This document shows, piece by piece, positions 25,901 through 32,000 of a stretch of DNA of 32,000 bases (the first letter of the stretch is position 1; every line of letters starts with the position of its first letter). The DNA lies in contig NW_008806285.1 of NCBI RefSeq assembly GCF_000400465.1, positions 30,001 to 62,000 of the forward strand, given 5' to 3'. The translations under genes and the position numbers were made by a program. Under the pieces are notes generated by a model. It worked only from the letters and a program-made list of their open reading frames with translations, was not told where the DNA came from and did not search any database. The stretch is from Wallemia ichthyophaga EXF-994 (Eukaryota > Fungi > Basidiomycota).

Positions 25901-27895
25901 CTTTGAGGGAGGCAATGGGGCATACTCAAAATATCTAGCTCCTCTCGTCGAGTAAGTATCGCAGCTCCCATCCCAGCTTGGTATGACGTCGCCTTTCAGT
26001 ACAAACACCCTTCCTGCGTATTCTCGGGGTCTTTCAGGAACGTCTGATGCATTAGAATAGTAAGGATCGCGATAAATCTTCGTTGGGGCTCTCTGTTCTT
26101 TTAGGGACTGCAAAGCTTCTTCGATGGTAGGTGGTGGAATGCTGTATTTGTAAATACTCTTATCCTGGTTTATTCGTGGTGCTTGTGACTTTCGCGGTGT
26201 AGTTACACTATTCTGCGATGAGCTTAGCAGCTTTCGCGGTGTTGCCTCTTCGATCTTTGTGTGAATCATACCGATTGTAAGACCTGGTGTAACTTGGCGC
26301 TGAGATAGGTTGGCTAGAATCTCCTCATATTCTTGTGAGGCGAGCAAATCGCTGCTGTTTGATCGACTTCTTTTTCTCTGTGGCTGTTCGCTCTCCTGGC
26401 TATCTGGAACGACTTCCAGAGTTGGTTCACGTTTCAATGGTGTCTCTGAAGATTTATACATTGAGTCCATTAGTGAAAGCTGCTTCATTGATCCTTTACT
26501 ATCGCTTAGCATTGTGCTTTCTCGGCCGCTCAAAGCCCTCCCTGGAAATTCATGAAGACCAGTATTTTGAGCAAAGCTATCAAATGGGTTGTTGTCGATA
26601 TCCATATTCATTACGTTTGACTTTTGAGTAGCCAGCTGTTGACTGACGATCGGCTCTATATCCTTGTTGGGTTGAGATGATGAAATATCTAAGTACTGAC
26701 TGCTATCCTCATTCCGGAGCTCCTTTCGTCGTTCTGAAGGATGGAAGAGAGCCTCAGTACTCTCGAACACAGTCATCAAGTGGTGCTCCTCAGTAAAAGG
26801 TGGCGCAAAATCTGCGCCGTTATTGGTATCTGAAATCCTATCAAAAAATGAGTCTAAGATATCGTCTAGATTGTCCCACAAAGGAAAAGTGGCAGAATCA
26901 TTGCGACCTCCTTTAACACTCCCCTGAATCTGGATTGATGATGGTAAACCCTTGGCTTCACGTCTTTTCTCTTCGTTTAACCATAATTCTCTAAGAGAAG
27001 GTAGAAGCTTTTCGTCAGGAACCAGCTCTTCGTAAGGAGCGTTGTGTATGTAACGTGGTGCTATCCTATACCTATTTTCAATCCAGGAAGCACGAACGTC
27101 AAACTCAAGCACGCAATTGGTGTCTCTTGGAATGTTGTGTGTGTCTTTCTCGTCTATTGTTGATGCATTGATAACATTCTCTGCTACAACTTGATCGCTA
27201 TGCCAGTCATACACGGTAGGCTCTGTGATTATGAGAACAGTGCAAGGAATGTAAAATAAACACACACCTGGTAAAGGGTACCTGTACTTAGCTTGGGATA
27301 ACTCAAGCCAATCGCATCCGTAGAGGTTGAAATCGGTAAAGAACTGAAGCAGATAAGGAGAATGTGATTCAAAAGGCTGAAAAGTGGAATTCATTAGCTG
27401 ACCGGACTCCATCAACTGCACCAGTCTGGGAATATGCTTGGGATCATTCATCATTATCTTTAGAAACGGACGTGTTCCGACATTGTAGCCATAAAAAGGG
27501 GTACCTTTGCAAATAACAATAGCACGGACGAATTGTGTGGTAGACAGCTTGTCACTCATGTTTCTCCGCAGGCTAAAAGCGAGAGACTGATTGATAGACA
27601 AGCCTAATTGGTGAACATAGTCGCGCACTGAGGAGATGATCAGAGATGACGATCATAAAGGGTGATAAGAGCGCGTACCTTTTTCAGGGGTGACGCTATG
27701 CTTGTACTCTATGTAGAAATAAGGGTAGATGCCGTGTACGTGAGCGCAGGCCATTTGGCCCGTATCAAGCCTGCCGAAAACGCGTATAACGGGAACGGTG
27801 GCCAGTGGGAATGGAGAGAAATTACTGACATTATCATCAAAATAAGAAATTGGTTTAAATAAATTAAAATCTAAGTTGGAAATTCGTATTTTCAT
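22922..27895 (-). CDS. REV3: DNA polymerase zeta catalytic subunit; multi-exon (e.g. introns 27628..27678, 27223..27267, 25794..25837, 24939..24983)
   Basis: [100 protein letters not shown], and C-terminal CysA/CysB metal clusters (CETC..CSSC; CASC..CVNLDC). Confidence 0.96.
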
Positions 27896-27903
27896 TATTT
27901 CAT
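27895..27903 (-). promoter_or_regulatory. Minimal uORF ATG-AAA-TAA overlapping the REV3 start codon (TAATG)
   Basis: The minus strand reads aagaag ATG AAA TAA TG; the last A of the stop is the A of the REV3 ATG. Confidence 0.65.
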
Positions 27904-28014
27904 CTTCTTGGAAGGGAATTGATCGTCGGCGTTAGATTGAGAAAGGCGTTGGCGCTTGTTGGATTGTGGACTGCAGAAATTTATTAAATTCGTCTAGTTA
28001 CAAGAAACAGACAA

Positions 28015-28690
28015 TTACTGTTGCTTTGAGAAGTACTCAGACTTGTTGCCTGGGTTGATGGTTGAGCTGTTGGTCTCTGGGTTCCAGTCAGCTGGGCAAA
28101 CTTCACCGTGGACGTCAGTGAATTGGAATGCCTTGACAAGACGGATCGATTCTTCGACCGAGCGTCCAACTGGGAGGTCGTTGACGGTGATTTGGCGGAG
28201 TGTTCCCTTTGGATCGATCAAGAATGAGCCACGGAGGGTTACACCTTCGTCGAGGAGAACGCCGTAGTTCTTTGCTACCTTGTGTGACTTGTCTGAGAGG
28301 AGTGGGAGCTTGAGGTCTGGGCCGAGACCACCTTCGTTACGTGGAACATTTGCCCAGGCCAAGTGGGTGAATTCTGAGTCGGTGGATGCACCGAGAACTT
28401 CAACGCCAAGCTCCTTGAACTTTGGGAGTGCCTTGTTGAAGGCCAAAATCTCAGTTGGACACACAAATGTGAAATCCATTGGGTAGAAGAAGAGTATGAG
28501 CCTTCCCTGTGTCAGTTTTCACTGTAGCGTGCTTACAAACTCACCATTTGCCCTCGTATGTCTTGTTTGTAACTTCCTCGAACAGTCCTTCCTACAAGCT
28601 GTAAGCGAAGGTCATCGAAACACTTCTTTTACTCACGCGAACGGCGGTACCGCTGATTTCTGGTGCTGGCTTTCCGATTAATGAGGCCAT
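28015..28690 (-). CDS. TSA1: Typical 2-Cys peroxiredoxin (AhpC/Tsa1 type); coding introns 28592..28636 and 28502..28544, plus a 5'-UTR intron 28693..28737
   Basis: [18 protein letters not shown]|EGLFEE..YEGKW|[17 protein letters not shown] (peroxidatic Cys), [23 protein letters not shown], and GEVCPA (resolving Cys). Confidence 0.96.
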
Positions 28691-29357
28691 TTCTGTTGAG
28701 CACGTTAGCGGTAAAGATTGTTGATATTTAAACTCACTTGAGTTGCTGATTGTAGGAAAAGAAGGTGTAGGAGCTCAAGTCGATTTTAAATCACAATGCT
28801 ACATCATTTAACAACGTTTACCCGCTTTGGCTTCAATGTTTAGGCAGCGCTACATCATAATTAGCCTCTATCCTTCCTTTGAAATATTTCCTTCGTCTGC
28901 ATATCCGAAGCAATCACGTAATCTTGGTGGTTATCCTACAATTTCGGAAACTTCTGGATGTTACTGCAGCCTAATACTATTTATTCTGTATTCTTCTGCT
29001 GCGTTCAGTCTTCTCGCTTAAACGTATCTAGACTTATCTTTAAATGTCCGATGAGACCGTTGAGTCAGCTTAAATTAGTTCCTAAAAATAAGATGCGCGA
29101 CATGCTTAATTTACTGAGCTATTCTTGTTTTTATTACTCTTTTGCCCTCTAGCTGGCCTTTATTACTCGCAATTACATCAGTCCATCAAAATGTCAAGCC
29201 AGCATGCTTTGTGATTGCGCTCTGATATGCAGAAGCACCACATTTATTGCGATGTAGAGCATTTTCAACAACCCCTCACGTTCTTCAATGCGATACAGGT
29301 AAACGTAAATCGTGCATGAGTAAAAATCTAAATGAAAATAAACAAAACAAAACTATA

Positions 29358-32000
29358 TTACCAAAATGCACACCATCCTACGAAAGCCATACAAAGGACC
29401 TCGAGAGAAGTGGCTTGTAATATAAGTTTGTCAACTTGCTCACCCACAGTGAGTGTCTCAGTTGGTTTGAAGTCACGACCTGTTTCAAGTTAGACTGTTT
29501 TGGCTGTTTCTTACCAGCAACACTCACCTGATAACTTTGCTTCAACTCTTCTCATGACAGCTAATGCTCTTCTGTTCACAGGCTCCGGTCTTCGGTCGTT
29601 ACCTATTGTCTCGTCCCTAACACCATTCTCTACCAGATTTCTTTCATCTGCCACACTCCGTCTATTCTTTGCACTCGATGGATCTGTAACTACGTAAGCT
29701 AAACAACAGTCGGTAACTGTTCACCTACCAATGTTCTCCGCATCCAAACGCCAATTAATCAATGGATCGTGAACAAATGCAGCCAATACAGCCATGAGAG
29801 AATCTCTGTTATTCCTCAACACACTCATGACAATATCACAAGTACGCTTAAATGATCCCTCGACACCACACACCTCCATTGCCAAAACGAGCATTCTAGT
29901 CAATCTGAAAGGCATTCTCTCTGGATACTTATCTCTATGCTGAGCAACTTCGAAGCTATCACCGAAATCAATGTGGATAACTCCACCAGTAATTCTATCA
30001 ATCAGCAGATTCGAAGGATGTCTGTCACCAAGACCTAGGATATAACCAACCATACTCATCACTGCCAAGCTACGTGTGTAATTTGTTCGACGTTCCAACC
30101 AAGCTTCACTATTTCTAGATTTCAGCCAAAGAATTCTGTAAAGATCTTGACCAGTGGTATTGTCGAGAGCGTACTCGAAGACTTCCAACTTGTTGAGGTG
30201 ACACAGGTGGTCGAAATCTGGAGCCATTTGCAGCATCAATCTGTGCTCAATGTTCAATAGAATCTTTCTAGTCTCGCGATAGTCCCTGATCAGCATGTGC
30301 ATCGTATCAGTGTTTTGCACCCATCCTAAAAGACCAGAGTTTGGAGAGATTGGTATAACGGAAAATCTGTGAATGGACAAATGACGTTTGAATGACTCCG
30401 GATTTACGGAAAGGAGAAGATTGATGAGGCCGAACAATTGCATCGCACGCTCATCTTGGCGAAGATCTTCATGTCCTTTCAACAGATACATATACTCCTT
30501 TCCATCACTACCCCTGATCTCCATCTTTCTTGGCCTTTGCTTCGTAGTCAACACCGACAATCTGGGAACGACCGCTGCTATTCTGATGACTGGCTTTCCT
30601 GATTGGTACGTACCAGGCACAGCCAAGTCGAGATCTTTGGCGTTAAGTAAGCGTGGGGCCACATACTGTAGTTCGATAGCAGTGAGCGCGGTGACCTGCT
30701 TCTCAATCTTCCTGAACACTGGGTAATACAGATCCCAAGCCTGGTTGAGGTCTGCCGCATGTTTGGTATGCTTCCACTTCCTGCAGTAGTCTCTAGCTTC
30801 TATCAACTCCCTAGAGAACGCCTGAACGAATGAAGTCTCACGCAAAGTCTCTGGACCTCTATCGAGCAAGTCATGCAATGGCTTGAGCGTCTCAATCATA
30901 GCAGCTGGGTTATGATGTACGAAGTAATGTCTGGATGCCTCTTCCAATCCTTCGTGCCACATTTCATTCCAAAGTATAGCAACCCTGATCAATTCATTAG
31001 AAACTAGTCCAGCTTGTTCAACCAGCTTGGGTGAATGCTCGCGCATCCTGTCCATTATAGCCAATGCAGCAGCTTTACGAGTCTGAGATTGAGATTTCGA
31101 CGCCACTGTGAGTGGATAGATCAATGCTTGTGGGTGGGCTCTCCCAACAGCACATAAGAGCTGATGGATCAATCTCCGAACGTTCAAGTTTGGTGCGTGG
31201 ATCCTAGCAATGATCTGCGGTATAACCTCCAGCCAAGTATCGACAGAGATGGTAGTGAATCCTTGAGACAGCGTTGAAGAGACGTCTTCGTGATAGCCGA
31301 ATTGAAACCACAATGTTAGCAGACGAAGCGTGTCCTGGAGGGAGTTACCGCCAGACAAGGCAATAGACTTGAAGAATGCCTGTACAGCAGGTACAATATG
31401 TGTGACTAGAGTCTCTGGCTCAACTTCTTCGCTAGCATTCTCGAGATGAGCGATAACTTCGAAGTTGGCCAGCGCAAAGGTGTGCCAAGCCTTATACCAA
31501 CTAGGGTCAAGTTGTGTGGCTTGGTAGAATGCACCGAGGATGTCATCAGCATCGTTGATAAACCAGTCCTCCTGAAGAGCAACCTGCCACTGACCTTGCT
31601 TGAAGTAACATCTAGCCAGTAAGTTTTTGTATTCTGTGATTTTGCCCTGCTTGTAGTACTCATTAGCAATAGCACGTGAGCTCTCAGTTGGGTTCAGGCC
31701 AAGGTCGTTGGATAGAGATGCCGTGAAATCTCTCAACCAATTCAAAGACTCGTCTTGAGCACCCTTTGCCCAAGTGAATTTGAGATGAGCGTAAATGACC
31801 TGTGGAGGGGCTTTTTGGGTAGTGCTGTTCGAGTAAACGCTTGGATCCGGCCCGAGGAGGGAGTTAATAACTTTTTCAGCCAGGAACATTCTATCAGACT
31901 TTCTGCATAAGTTGGCGAACTTGATCCACATCTGTGTGTCTTCTGCTGGAGACAGAACAAGTGTGCGCACTTGCAATATCCTCTGCCAGACTTCAACATC
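29358..32000 (-). CDS. TOR: Target-of-rapamycin kinase, 3' part (end of FAT, FRB, PIKK kinase, FATC); runs off the window end; introns 29684..29728 and 29480..29527
   Basis: [27 protein letters not shown] ([31 protein letters not shown]), [36 protein letters not shown], and a terminal FATC ending GWCAFW*. Confidence 0.97.

Noticed and set aside
27223-27267. Stop-free 45-nt (3n) intron in REV3 that the ORF track reads through
   Set aside because: It has canonical splice signals. With ~45-nt introns some stop-free 3n cases are expected by chance, so it is an annotation trap rather than evidence of regulated retention.
28502-28512. Competing acceptors (CAG and AAG, 5 nt apart) in peroxiredoxin intron 3
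   Set aside because: The CAG is only 1 nt after the CTGAC branch motif and gives a frameshift. The AAG restores W-L-I-L-F-F-Y-P, and AAG acceptors are common in this window.
28740-29357. Short plus-strand ORFs (64 aa each) between peroxiredoxin and TOR
   Set aside because: Low-complexity AT-rich translations starting at TTG; the region is consistent with the TOR 3' UTR plus the peroxiredoxin promoter.
172-32000. Numerous antisense or alternative-frame ORFs of 60-140 aa in the ORF track
   Set aside because: They overlap well-supported conserved genes and show no independent motifs; they are treated as shadow ORFs.

Overview
Gene-dense eukaryotic (fungal) nuclear DNA with very short spliceosomal introns (about 41-53 nt; GTRAGT/GTRCGT/GTGGGT donors, CTRAC/CTAAT branch points, YAG/AAG acceptors) and tiny intergenic spacers. 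The style and protein sequences suggest a compact basidiomycete genome such as Wallemia (inference, not verified). After manual splicing the window holds 11 apparently intact genes. In order: BIO2 (-), the fused BIO3-BIO1 (+, head-to-head with BIO2), a TANGO2/NRDE protein (+), SEN1 (+), a peroxisomal acyl-CoA thioesterase (-), an SH3-RasGEF (+), thioredoxin reductase (+), YPK1/Gad8 kinase (-), REV3 (-), a typical 2-Cys peroxiredoxin (-), and the 3' part of TOR (-). A decayed septin-family pseudogene at 21.5-22.7 kb is hidden among fragmentary ORFs. I found no tRNA/rRNA, transposon or CRISPR array. The best observations are (1) an ATG-less, in-frame 28-codon extension of thioredoxin reductase starting at GCCGCC-ACG that looks like a mitochondrial presequence, (2) the multiply disabled divergent septin, (3) a minimal ATG-AAA-TAA uORF overlapping the REV3 start codon, and (4) a BIO3-BIO1/TANGO2/SEN1 run separated by only 45 and 33 bp. 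Exon models were derived by eye and all family assignments rest on remembered motifs, not database searches.
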